Below are positions 17,883 to 27,194 of a stretch of DNA of 64,000 nucleotides, piece by piece (the stretch's first letter is position 1; each line of letters starts with the position of its first letter). Both the position numbers and the translations under genes were made by a program. Origin of the DNA: Alphaproteobacteria bacterium (lineage in GTDB: Bacteria; Pseudomonadota; Alphaproteobacteria; Bin95); NCBI GenBank assembly GCA_965202745.1, contig CBDBCB010000021.1, positions 326,295-390,294 on the forward strand, read 5' to 3'. The notes below the pieces were generated by a model, which saw only the letters and a list, made by a program, of their open reading frames with translations, was not told the DNA's origin and did not search any database.

Positions 17883-20030
17883 TTAGCCCTTTGCGCCGTA
17901 GCGCATCCGCAAGGCGTTTGCCGTTACCAGAATGGACGATGTCGACATGGCGATTGCTGCCAGCATCGGCGTCACGAATCCGGCAACTGCCAACGGCACG
18001 CTGACGGTGTTGTAGAAGGCGGCCAGGCCAAAATTCTCCAATACCCTCCGCTTTGCTGCCCTGGCGACGTACAGGGCCTCCGAAACGGCGTTCAGCGAGT
18101 CGCCCTGGAACACCATGTCGGCGGCATTCTGCGAAATGTCGGCAGCGGTTGCAGGAGACATGGAGGCATGAGCGGCGGCTAGCGCCGGGGCGTCGTTCAG
18201 GCCATCGCCTACCATCAGCACACGCTGCCCGCCGGCTTGCAGGGCTTCCAGGCGGACGATCTTGTCCTTTGGGCTTAGACCGGCCTCTGCGTCAGTAATG
18301 CCGAGTTTGGCCGCCACCGCTTCGACCGGGCCAGCCTCATCACCGGATAGCAGCGTCACTTGGCAGCCGTGCCGCTTGATCCAGGCAATGGCTTCGGCAG
18401 CATCTGGCCGCAGGCTGTCGTTGAAGTGGAACGCCGTTGGAGTCATGCCTGGGCCGGACAACCAGACGGTGGTTGCAGTTTGGGCTTCGGTCGTCTCAAC
18501 GCCACACCACTTGGCGGAGCCGAGCTTAAAGCCATCCGCCATAGTACCGGAGCCGGGCACTTCCTCCGCGCTGTCAGCAATGGCAGGGGCTGCGCCGAAA
18601 CGCTCCTTCGCTGCCAGCACAATGGCTTGGGAGAGCGGATGACGGTTGGCACCGGCGATGCTTGCAGCCAGGCGCAGAGTGTCATCGGCGATCCCGTCAG
18701 CGCCTTCTACCCTGGGCTTGCCGATTGTCAGTGTGCCGGTCTTGTCGAACACCACATGATTGATCTCTGCAAAACGTTCCAGGGCCGCCCCGCTCTTCAT
18801 CAGCACCCCGTTGCGCAGCAGGCGTCTGGCAGCAACAACCTGCACGGCGGGCACGGCCAAGCCCAGCGCGCAGGGGCAGGTGATGATAAGGACCGCGATG
18901 GCCGTCAGCAGTGATTGCTCGACCCCGGCCCCGGCAAGCATCCAGCCTATAAATGTCAGCGCTCCCAGACCGTGGACCAGCGGCGCATAGATCTTGGCTG
19001 CCCGGTCCGCAAGGCGCACGAAGCGATCACGGCCCTGCTGGGCATTCTCCATCAGCCGGGCGATGTCGGCCAGCAGGCTGTCGTCCGCCATGGCGATGGC
19101 GTTCAGCTCTATCGCGGAGCCGAGGTTGATGCAGCCGACATAGACGGTGTCGCCCGCGTCCACGGTGCGTGGCAGAGACTCGCCAGTGATCAGGCTGGTG
19201 TCCAGCTGGGCGCTCCGCCCAAGAATCCGGCCATCCACGGGCACTTTCTCGCCGCTGGCCACCAGGACCCGGTCGCCGACCGCGACCTCATTGGTGGAGA
19301 CACGGCGGTGGGCGCCGGAATCGGGATCGACGATAGTGGCCTCACTGGCGGCAAAGGCCAGCAGGTTTCCTGCGGCCTCTCGCGCTTTGCCCCGCATGCG
19401 GGCGTCCAGAAAGCGGCCAATCAGCAGGAAGAGCAGCAGCGAAACCGCGGCGTCGAAATAGACCTCGTCCGCATTGCTCCAGGTTTGCCAAACGCTCATG
19501 CCGGTCGCCAGCAGCACCGCCAGGCTGATCGGCACGTCCATGTTGACCCGCCAGACCTTCAGCGCGGTCCAGGCGGAGCGGAAGAAGGGGCGTCCGGCAT
19601 AGGTGACGGCGGGCAAGGCGATGGCAGCCGCCAGCCAGTGGAACAGCGAGCGCGTTTCGGCATCCATGTCCTGGACGAGCCCGGCCCACACCGCCACCAT
19701 CAACAGCATGATGTTCGCGGCTGCAAAGCCTGCCACACCAAGGCATTTCAGAAGAAAGCGCTGGTCCTGATCGGCTGCATTCAGGCTGCCATCAAAGCGG
19801 GCTGCCTCAAATCCGGCGTTGGCCAGCGCGCCGACTACTTGCGGCAGGTCAATTGTTCTGGGATCAAAGCGCACCCGGACGCGCTTGGTCGTCAGGTTCG
19901 CCCGTGCTTCCGCTATACCCTTTGTGTCGGCAAGTGCCTGCTCGATCCCCCGCACACACCCGCCGCAATGCATGTTGGAGACGGAAAGAACCGCCTCATC
20001 AAATCCATCCAGAGTTAGCGATTTGGCCAT
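17883..20030 (-). CDS. heavy-metal (Cu+)-translocating P1B-type ATPase
   Basis: N-terminal HMA domain MHCGGC, TM CPC motif (ITCPCALGLAVP), the phosphorylation site DKTGTLT, and the hinge VGDGLNDAPAL. Confidence 0.9.
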   Translation of the reverse strand: MAKSLTLDGFDEAVLSVSNMHCGGCVRGIEQALADTKGIAEARANLTTKRVRVRFDPRTIDLPQVVGALANAGFEAARFDGSLNAADQDQRFLLKCLGVAGFAAANIMLLMVAVWAGLVQDMDAETRSLFHWLAAAIALPAVTYAGRPFFRSAWTALKVWRVNMDVPISLAVLLATGMSVWQTWSNADEVYFDAAVSLLLFLLIGRFLDARMRGKAREAAGNLLAFAASEATIVDPDSGAHRRVSTNEVAVGDRVLVASGEKVPVDGRILGRSAQLDTSLITGESLPRTVDAGDTVYVGCINLGSAIELNAIAMADDSLLADIARLMENAQQGRDRFVRLADRAAKIYAPLVHGLGALTFIGWMLAGAGVEQSLLTAIAVLIITCPCALGLAVPAVQVVAARRLLRNGVLMKSGAALERFAEINHVVFDKTGTLTIGKPRVEGADGIADDTLRLAASIAGANRHPLSQAIVLAAKERFGAAPAIADSAEEVPGSGTMADGFKLGSAKWCGVETTEAQTATTVWLSGPGMTPTAFHFNDSLRPDAAEAIAWIKRHGCQVTLLSGDEAGPVEAVAAKLGITDAEAGLSPKDKIVRLEALQAGGQRVLMVGDGLNDAPALAAAHASMSPATAADISQNAADMVFQGDSLNAVSEALYVARAAKRRVLENFGLAAFYNTVSVPLAVAGFVTPMLAAIAMSTSSILVTANALRMRYGAKG

Positions 20031-20224
20031 TGTCGCGTCATCACCTCAACGGGGCCGGGCGCTGGATACATCCATCGTCTTTGCCGACGGAAGCGTGCCG
20101 TCGCAGACCGTACTGCTACACATAGTATACATATAGATATAGGTTCCCGCGCTGACCGTTAAAGGAAAGTGTGCAGGGTTCACGATATGCCGCTGCTTCA
20201 GCCGCGCTAATTTTCTGGATTCGG

Positions 20225-20300
20225 TGGTGCCGCAGAGAGGACTCGAACCTCCGACCCACGCATTACGAATGCGTTGCTCTACCGACTGAGCTACTGCGGC
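20225..20300 (-). tRNA. tRNA-Thr (anticodon CGT), CCA encoded
   Basis: Cloverleaf folded by eye: acceptor GCCGCAG/CTGCGGC, D stem GCTC/GAGC, anticodon stem ACGCA/TGCGT with loop TTCGTAA, T stem GGAGG/CCTCT with loop TTCGAGT, and a 3' ACCA. Confidence 0.9.
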
Positions 20301-20488
20301 GAACCATCAGCGTAACATAGTCAGAACGTTTGGCCGTTGCAATGGCCTCCGAGCGGTAAGGAACCGGGTGTGAGTGTCGCGACCTATGCGGTTTTTGCGG
20401 GGCTGCGTCCGGGAAATTTCTGATGTTGCTCCGCAATAAAATCCCATCTCTTGCACAAGGCCACTTCGGCCAATCAGGAGATGTAACA

Positions 20489-20704
20489 ATGACCACAGCA
20501 ACACTTCATACCCACGCACCGGTCCGGACGAATGCGGTTCTAGACTACCTGCACCGCTTGCAGGATGCCTACACCGCCTGGCGGAATGAGCAGAGCGCCC
20601 GCGCGGCGCTGAGCGCGCTGTCGGACTACGAACTGAAGGATATCGGTATCACTCGCTCGGATATCGACTATGCCTCGCGCAAATTCGGCGCGCAAACCTT
20701 CTAA
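20489..20704 (+). CDS. DUF1127-domain small protein
   Basis: C-terminal LSALSDYELKDIGITRSDIDYASRKF matches the DUF1127 signature. AGGAG lies 9 bp upstream of the ATG. Confidence 0.7.
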   Translation: MTTATLHTHAPVRTNAVLDYLHRLQDAYTAWRNEQSARAALSALSDYELKDIGITRSDIDYASRKFGAQTF

Positions 20705-20883
20705 CTTCAGCCAGTCGGTTCGATGCAATCCGGTGGATGCCTTCGTTGGCGACTGCCGGATCGCCGGCCCGGGGCAAGCCTTGCATTTTCAGCGGGGCAG
20801 GCTTGCGAACATTCGGGATGTTGCGGTGCAATAATTGTGTATCCCTGCGCCGGTCCAATTATCCGTCCAGTGGAAGAGTTCCT

Positions 20884-21096
20884 ATGACCTCGATGACAAT
20901 CAATGGCTCGTTCCTGCGGCCCACCGGCATTTTCCATGATGTGGTTGGCAAGTTGACCATTGCCTGGGCGATTTTGTAGGCCCGCAACACCGCCGACATC
21001 TTCGGCGGCCGCATGTCGGACAACCAGTTGAACGACCTCGGCCTGGTCGCTGTCGAGCGCGCGCCGGTTGCTGTCCAGGCGGTCTGGGCAGCTTAG
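20884..21096 (+). pseudogene. possible second DUF1127-like small ORF containing an in-frame TAG (20977-20979)
   Basis: MTSMTINGSFLRPTGIFHDVVGKLTIAWAIL-TAG-ARNTADIFGGRMSDNQLNDLGLVAVERAPV... The segment after the TAG resembles the DUF1127 LSDxxLxDIG motif. Weak. Confidence 0.3.
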
Positions 21097-21112
21097 GTTA
21101 ACCAGGCGCCGT

Positions 21113-22048
21113 TCAGTCCCGGCCCAGCACCGCCATCAGTTCCCGCCACTCGCGGGAGCTGAGGCCGCTGCCCTTCTGCTTGACTGCTTCGCCTGCCAGC
21201 ATCCGTTGGATGATCGCCAGGCCTGGGGCTGAAAGTTCATAGCCGCCCAGGCGGTAGTCGCTGAAAGCCTTGAAGACGGCAGGTACCCATTTCTCCACGA
21301 CCTTTAGCATCGCGTCCGCATAGACCCGGATCTCGTACTGGGCATGGGCGTCGGCGCGCAAGGCCAGGAAATGCAGCAGGTTGTGTAAATTGCACTTCCA
21401 ATACCACTGGGTATAGGTGGAAAGCGGCAAGATCATCCGCCCCAATTCCCGTGCCAGACCTTGCGCTTCCGGATCGTGACCGGGCGCATTTTCGTCCTCG
21501 TTGAGCATGGTCTCATAGTGATCGAATGCCTGCCCGGCATCGTCTTTCAGCCAACGCAGCGCCCGGGCCGCCTCTTCGCCCTCCAGGATATCCCCGCGTC
21601 CCTGGCGGTTTGCGGTTGACTGGGCGGCCAATTGCTCGGGCGCGGGCACGTAGAACTCGCGGTCCAGCAGGGAGTAGCGGGCCGAGTACTCATTCACATT
21701 GGCGGTGCGGTGCCTGATCCACTGGCGGGCGACGAACATCGGCAGTTTGACGTGGAACTTGATCTCGCACATCTCGAACGGCGTCGTGTGCCGGTGCCGC
21801 AGCAGATAGCGGATCAGGCCCTCGTCCTCCCGCACTTGCTTGGTGCCCGCGCCATAGGAAACACGGGCTGCCTGCACGATGGCGGCATCGTCGCCCATAT
21901 AATCGATCACCCGGATGAAGCCATGGTCGAGCACAGGCATCGCTTCGAACAGAATCTCTTCGACCGCCGCGACGGTCGGGCGGCGGGTTTGGGCGCTGGC
22001 GGTGCGGGCGGCTGCAAGCTCGTGGTTTTGCTCGTCGGTCAGCGCCAT
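21113..22048 (-). CDS. thyX: FAD-dependent thymidylate synthase ThyX
   Basis: ThyX signature [15 protein letters not shown] (RHRxxxxxxxS), 311 aa. Confidence 0.9.
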   Translation of the reverse strand: MALTDEQNHELAAARTASAQTRRPTVAAVEEILFEAMPVLDHGFIRVIDYMGDDAAIVQAARVSYGAGTKQVREDEGLIRYLLRHRHTTPFEMCEIKFHVKLPMFVARQWIRHRTANVNEYSARYSLLDREFYVPAPEQLAAQSTANRQGRGDILEGEEAARALRWLKDDAGQAFDHYETMLNEDENAPGHDPEAQGLARELGRMILPLSTYTQWYWKCNLHNLLHFLALRADAHAQYEIRVYADAMLKVVEKWVPAVFKAFSDYRLGGYELSAPGLAIIQRMLAGEAVKQKGSGLSSREWRELMAVLGRD

Positions 22049-22094
22049 GGCAGGCTTCCTCTTTTAATTTCGCCAGTTCGTCCCTATATAGGGA

Positions 22095-22445
22095 TTGTCG
22101 GGTAGCACCCGACTATGGCGATAAACGGTGCGTGGAATAATCGTTGCGGACCCGGGGGCAGTACCCGGCGCCTCCACCAACTACCCCAGCTTCTTTGCGG
22201 AGGTTTAGAGTACACGGTGTCAGGGGGCGAACTAGGATCGACGTGCGTGGTAAAGATGTATCTTTTGCTCGGCATGGTACCACCGACATCGGGCCAATCT
22301 CTACGTGCGAATGATAATGATTACGCACTCGCTGCTTAAATAAGCAAGCGCGGTTCGGGAGGGCACCGGGCAACAGAAGCCCTCCCACTATCGCTTTCCA
22401 TCTGGCTGCGCTAAAAGAGCGGAACACCATTTACTGTACCTGCTA
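22095..22445 (+). ncRNA. ssrA: two-piece (circularly permuted) tmRNA gene ssrA
   Basis: The acceptor piece ends GCGCCTCCACCA at 22179. The coding piece starts GGGGGCGAACTAGGATCGACG at 22224, with G3-U70 pairing to the acceptor 3' strand. The tag reading frame at 22307-22339 encodes ANDNDYALAA followed by TAA. The CCA end lies upstream of the tag ORF, so the gene is permuted. The outer boundaries are approximate. Confidence 0.8.
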
Positions 22446-22459
22446 GAGACACAGCGCCC

Positions 22460-22969
22460 ATGGTCGGCCCGAACGAAGAACACAGCAGAGATACCTACGA
22501 CCGGATGGTAGAGCAGGCGCTGAAAGGCGTGATGCGGGATGCCATTGCGGAAGTTGCCGAGAAAGGGTTTCTGGGAGAGCAGCACTTCTATATCTCCTTC
22601 CGGACAGTCTATCCTGGCGTAATGATTGCCGATGTCTTGCGCGCGCAATATCAGGACCAGATGACGATTGTGCTGCAGCACCAGTTTTACAATCTGGGTG
22701 TCTCAGACGACCACTTTGAGGTGACGCTGAGCTTCAACAAAAAGCTGGAGCGGCTGTCGATTCCCTTCGACGCGATCGTCAGTTTCGCCGACCCGGCGGT
22801 GGGATTCGGCCTGCAATTCAGCTCTGCCCTGGGCGATGCAGATGTGGACGGGCTGACCGGCGACAATAGCGACCAGGACCCGGAGGACGATCCGGAAGGG
22901 GACGATCCCGCCCCGCCGGAAGGCCCGGGCGAGGTGATCAGCCTGGACGCTTTCCGCAAAAAAACCTGA
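22460..22969 (+). CDS. sspB: ClpXP specificity-enhancing adaptor SspB (alphaproteobacterial type)
   Basis: 169 aa. HFYISFRTVYPGVMIADVLRAQYQDQMTIVLQHQFYNLGV matches the SspB-alpha fold pattern, with an acidic C-terminal tail. Confidence 0.8.
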   Translation: MVGPNEEHSRDTYDRMVEQALKGVMRDAIAEVAEKGFLGEQHFYISFRTVYPGVMIADVLRAQYQDQMTIVLQHQFYNLGVSDDHFEVTLSFNKKLERLSIPFDAIVSFADPAVGFGLQFSSALGDADVDGLTGDNSDQDPEDDPEGDDPAPPEGPGEVISLDAFRKKT

Positions 22970-23013
22970 TACAAGCACCCCACGCATAACTTTTCCGAAT
23001 GGAGTGCCGTCTG

Positions 23014-24621
23014 ATGGCTGATTTCGCTTACAAACCCATGTTCGACGCCCACCACGACGACACGCCCTGGCGCAAGCTAGAAGGCGACTATGTGGAGGTC
23101 GATACCTTCCGTGGTGAGGAAGTCGTGGTCATCAAGCCCGGCGCGCTCGCCGACCTGACGCGCGAGGCGTTCAAGGACATCAGCTTCTTCCTGCGCTCCG
23201 GCCATCTGGCCCAGTTGCGCGCCATCCTCGATGACCCGGAGGCCAGCGGCAACGACCGCTTCGTGGCCCTCGACATGCTGAAGAACGCCAACATTGCGGC
23301 GGGCGGCGTGCTGCCCATGTGCCAGGACACCGGCACTGCTATCATCATGGCCAAGAAGGGCGACCGCGTCTGGACCAGCGGCACGGACGAAGAAGAACTC
23401 TCCAGCGGCGTTTTCCGCACCTACGACCAGGAGAATCTGCGCTTCAGCCAGCTCTCGCCCATCTCCATGTTCGAGGAGAAGAACACCGGCACCAACCTGC
23501 CAGTGCAGATGGACATGCTGCAGAAGCCCGGCAGCGAGTACGAGTTCCTGTTCATGGCCAAGGGCGGCGGCTCGGCCAACAAGGCGTTCCTCTACCAGGC
23601 GACGCCCTCGCAGTTGCACCCGGAGCGTCTGGTGCAGTTCCTGGACGAGAATATCCGCACCCTCGGCACCGCGGCCTGCCCGCCCTATCATCTGGCCATC
23701 GTCATCGGCGGCACCTCGGCTGAGATGAACCTGAAGACGGTGAAGCTGGCGTCTGCCCGCTACTACGACCATCTGCCGACCACCGGCGGCTTGCATGGTC
23801 AGGCAATCCGCGATGTGGAGATGGAGCAGCAGATCCTGCACATGACCCAGCAGATGGGCATCGGTGCGCAGTTCGGCGGCAAGTATTTCTGCCACGACAT
23901 CCGCGTCATCCGCCTGCCGCGGCACGGCGCATCGCTCCCCATCGGCCTGGGCGTTTCGTGCTCCGCCGACCGTCAGGCCCTGGGCAAGATCACCCGCGAC
24001 GGCGTCTTCGTCGAGCAGCTGGAGATGAACCCGGCGCAGTTCCTGCCGGAGCCTGCGGCCCAGGAACTGGGTGGCGAGGTGGTTCACATCGACCTGAACC
24101 AGCCCATGCCGAAGATCCTGGAGCAGTTGACGGCCCACCCGATCAAGACCCGCCTCGCGCTCACCGGCCCGATGATCGTCGCCCGCGATCTGGCCCACGC
24201 CCGCATCCAGCGGGAGATGGTCGAGGGCAAGCCGATGCCCGACTACTTCAAGAACCACCCGATCTACTATGCCGGCCCGGCCAAGACCCCCAAGGGCTAT
24301 ACCTCCGGCTCCTTCGGCCCGACCACGGCCGGCCGCATGGACAGCTTCGTGGACGAGTTCCAGGGCAAGGGCGGCAGCATGGTCATGCTAGCCAAGGGCA
24401 ACCGCTCGCGCCAGGTTGTGGACGCCTGCGCTAAACACCACGGCTTCTACCTCGGCTCCATTGGCGGCTCGGCGGCACGTCTGGCCCAGGACCACATCCG
24501 CAAGGTCGAATGCCTGGACTTCGAAGAGTTCGGCATGGAAGCCGTCTGGCGGATCGAGGTCGAGAACTTCCCGGCCTTCATCGTGACCGACGACAAGGGC
24601 AGCGACTTCTTCGGCACCTAA
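23014..24621 (+). CDS. fumA: class I (Fe-S) fumarate hydratase
   Basis: Near-colinear match to E. coli FumA/FumB ([44 protein letters not shown]). An in-frame ATG at 22999 is an alternative start. Confidence 0.9.
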   Translation: MADFAYKPMFDAHHDDTPWRKLEGDYVEVDTFRGEEVVVIKPGALADLTREAFKDISFFLRSGHLAQLRAILDDPEASGNDRFVALDMLKNANIAAGGVLPMCQDTGTAIIMAKKGDRVWTSGTDEEELSSGVFRTYDQENLRFSQLSPISMFEEKNTGTNLPVQMDMLQKPGSEYEFLFMAKGGGSANKAFLYQATPSQLHPERLVQFLDENIRTLGTAACPPYHLAIVIGGTSAEMNLKTVKLASARYYDHLPTTGGLHGQAIRDVEMEQQILHMTQQMGIGAQFGGKYFCHDIRVIRLPRHGASLPIGLGVSCSADRQALGKITRDGVFVEQLEMNPAQFLPEPAAQELGGEVVHIDLNQPMPKILEQLTAHPIKTRLALTGPMIVARDLAHARIQREMVEGKPMPDYFKNHPIYYAGPAKTPKGYTSGSFGPTTAGRMDSFVDEFQGKGGSMVMLAKGNRSRQVVDACAKHHGFYLGSIGGSAARLAQDHIRKVECLDFEEFGMEAVWRIEVENFPAFIVTDDKGSDFFGT

Positions 24622-24780
24622 GCGGCGAGGGGGCCTTACCGCTAAGCATGCCTTTCCCGGGCGCATCCCCGGCTCCGGGCCGGGGGCAGGCCCGGAACCT
24701 CTGTCCCCCCAGGGATCTCTAGCCGGGTCTGGCCTCCATCCGCTCCCAGGCCCCTCATTGCTGAACCACTACCTCGTGAC

Positions 24781-24920
24781 GCTTCCGAGTTTTACCTAAA
24801 CAAAACTAAACTTTTATGCGCAAAACTAAGCCGTTTCGGAGGCAAACGGTTTAGGTGCGGTTTATCGAAAGCGTATCGCCTGTTTATTCCCCGTTTACCG
24901 GCGGTTTACTGCCAGTTTAT
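24781..24920. repeat. Block B: inverted homologue of block A, with 11-bp-phased GTTTA(Y) repeats (tgtttattccc / cgtttaccggc / ggtttactgcc / agtttattccc) leading into CAAACGGTTTAGGTGCGGTTT
   Basis: Read directly. About 80% identical to 15770-15850 over ~75 bp on the opposite strand. Confidence 0.8.
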
Positions 24921-25198
24921 TCCCACAGAAGGCAGCCAGGCTCCATCTCACCCCGCCCGCATTCCCGGAGCGTGGCTCGCAGAGCCAGGCATCCGGGACC
25001 TGTTCACCCGCCCGCAATGGTCCGGGCTCCACCCGCCGCACAGAAACAGGTCCCGGAAAGCGCAGGGCACCTCCGGGAATTCGAGCATTGTTACTTTCGT
25101 ACAAATAAGAACATAATAGCAACATTCTCATATTTCAACCCCTAGATCCCCGAATGACGCGACGGCGTCAGCCCGGGGGCCTAAGAGCGATCCTCGGA

Positions 25199-25243
25199 AG
25201 GAGATCCCAGATAGCGCCTGCGGCGCTTCCGGGAATCGCCGCT
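25199..25243. repeat. ~45-bp repeated element GGAAGGAGATCCCAGATAGCGCCTGCGGCGCTTCCGGGAAT (second copy 57907-57950); contains a TTCC-G-GGAA palindrome that also occurs at about 24962 and 25072
   Basis: Read directly. About 85% identical between the two loci. Confidence 0.7.
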
Positions 25244-25345
25244 TTGTGGAATGGCTCCCGTCTGCCGCAGCCGCTATAAGCGCCACCAGCCCCAAAAGCC
25301 CTCCAGCCGCAGCCCTCTATCAACCGCCCCCAACGCCAAACCCCC

Positions 25346-25992
25346 ATGACCGATCCCGCCACCCTCATCGCCTATCTGCTCACCGCGGGAGCCATCGTCG
25401 TCTCTCCCGGACCTGATACCGCGCTGGTGGTCCGCCACACGCTCACCAGCGGCCTGCCCGCTGGGCTCGGCACGGTGGCGGGCACGAACCTGGGTCTTGC
25501 TCTCCATACGCTCGCGACTGTCCTCGGCCTCTCGCTCCTGATCGCTGCCAGCAAGACCGCGCTCGCCGTCATCGCCATTGCCGGCGCTGCCTACCTCGTC
25601 TTCCTGGGCTGGCAGGCATTCCGCGCCAGCGTGATCTCCTTCGGCAACGTGACGGCTTCGGTAGGCGCACCCTATGTCTCTGCCAGACGCGCGCTCCGCG
25701 ATGGCCTGATCTCCAACCTGTTCAATCCGAAGGTGATCCTGCTTTTTCTCTCGCTGATGCCCCAGTTCATCCAGCCGGCGGCAGAGCATGGCAGCGTGCC
25801 GCGGCAACTCGCCATTATGGGCGTTATCCTGATCGCCATGAGCCTTGCCTGGCAGATATACCCCTGGCGCTTGCGGCGGAGAGCGTGCGCGGCTGGCTGG
25901 CCCGGCCATCGGTGCAGCGCGGCATCAATTGGGTCACCGGTGCGATCCTGTTGGGCTTTGCCGCGCTCATGCTTTACGATCACACTCTCTGA
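25346..25992 (+). pseudogene. LysE/RhtB-family amino-acid exporter with a single frameshift near 25860 (C4 run)
   Basis: The N-terminal ~170 aa are typical of the family. The canonical C-terminus (LALAAESVRGWLARPSVQRGINWVTGAILLGFAALMLYD) continues in another frame. Confidence 0.75.
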
Positions 25993-26021
25993 GTTTCCGC
26001 TTAGCCGAAAGGCCCTTCCTC

Positions 26022-27188
26022 ATGCTGCGCTCCGATGGCCGCATCCTAACCACCCACGCGGGCAGCCTGCCCCGTCCGCTCGACCTCACCCGCCTCTATG
26101 CGGCGCGCGCGGGCGGCGATTCGGTGGACGAAGCCAAGATCGTGGAGATGGGGGAGGCCGCAACCCGCGCCAATGTCCGCCAGCAGATCGCCGCGGGCCT
26201 CGACTTCGTCAACAATGGCGAGCAGCTGCGTGAGGCCTTCTTCCTCTACCTGCAACGGCGGCTGAGCGGCTTCGGTCCTGGTGGCTATCGCGGCGTCTTC
26301 AAGGACATCAAGAACCACCCCGACTTCGCCCCCATCCGCGAGGCGATTTTCGACGGCAAGCCCGTGATCTCCAACATGACCCCGCCAAAGGTTGTGGGTG
26401 AACTGAAGTACCTGAACCCCGACGCCGTCGCCGCCGAATGCCGCCAGTTCCAGCGCGTGTTGGAGGGCATAGAGGGGCAGAAGCCGGCCGGCACCTTCTT
26501 CACCGCGCCGTCCCCCGGCATCGTCGCGACTGCCATCCCGAACGAGTATTACGACAGCTTCGACGCCTATCTGCGGGCCATCACCGATGCCGTCGCCATT
26601 GAATACCGCACCATCATCGAGCACGGCTTCGACCTTCAGATCGACGCACCCGACCTCGCGTTGGAGGGCCACGGCCACTTCGCCGACCGCCCGCGCAGTG
26701 AGTTCCTGGCCTTTGTCGAGCAGGTTATCGACGAAATCCGCCGGGTGACCGCCGACCTGCCGCAGGACCGCATCCGCCTGCACGCCTGTTGGGGCAATTA
26801 TGAGGGGCCGCACGACGCCGACGTGCCGATTGCCGAAATGTTGCCGATACTGACAAAGGCCCATGCCGGTTCCCTGCTGCTGCCCATGGGCAACCCGCGG
26901 CACCAGCACGAGTACCGGGCTTTCACGCCCGCCAATATCCCCGACAACATGGCCGTGATCGTCGGCTGCATCGATACCACTACCAACTATGTGGAGCACC
27001 CGGAGACCGTGGCAGACCGCCTGGAGCGCGTGGCCCAGACCCTGGGCGATCCCTCCCGTGTGCTGGCGGCCACCGACTGCGGCTTCGACACCTCGGCGGG
27101 TGCCGGCCGTGTCGCGCCCAGCGTGGTGTGGTCCAAGCTCGGCGCCATGGTCGAAGGCGCCAAGATCGCCAGCGAGCGGCTGTTCTAA
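26022..27188 (+). CDS. cobalamin-independent methionine synthase MetE C-terminal-domain family protein (short methionine synthase II type)
   Basis: 389 aa, Zn-binding region pattern (LHACWGNYEG...CIDTT...DCGF). It lies 29 bp after the LysE-like gene. Confidence 0.75.
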   Translation: MLRSDGRILTTHAGSLPRPLDLTRLYAARAGGDSVDEAKIVEMGEAATRANVRQQIAAGLDFVNNGEQLREAFFLYLQRRLSGFGPGGYRGVFKDIKNHPDFAPIREAIFDGKPVISNMTPPKVVGELKYLNPDAVAAECRQFQRVLEGIEGQKPAGTFFTAPSPGIVATAIPNEYYDSFDAYLRAITDAVAIEYRTIIEHGFDLQIDAPDLALEGHGHFADRPRSEFLAFVEQVIDEIRRVTADLPQDRIRLHACWGNYEGPHDADVPIAEMLPILTKAHAGSLLLPMGNPRHQHEYRAFTPANIPDNMAVIVGCIDTTTNYVEHPETVADRLERVAQTLGDPSRVLAATDCGFDTSAGAGRVAPSVVWSKLGAMVEGAKIASERLF

Positions 27189-27194
27189 CGCCCC

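Noticed and set aside
15741-24920. Interpretation of the inverted phased-repeat blocks as Tn7-like or Tn3-like transposon ends, or as a plasmid iteron origin
   Set aside because: There is no transposase, resolvase or Rep gene between or beside them, and the enclosed genes are housekeeping. The similarity to known terminal-repeat consensus sequences is absent. Kept as an unexplained structure rather than a called element.
24621-25345. SAM-II or cobalamin riboswitch upstream of the LysE/MetE-like genes
   Set aside because: The leader is long and the gene context is plausible, but I could not recognise the riboswitch consensus by eye. Left as a check, not a feature.
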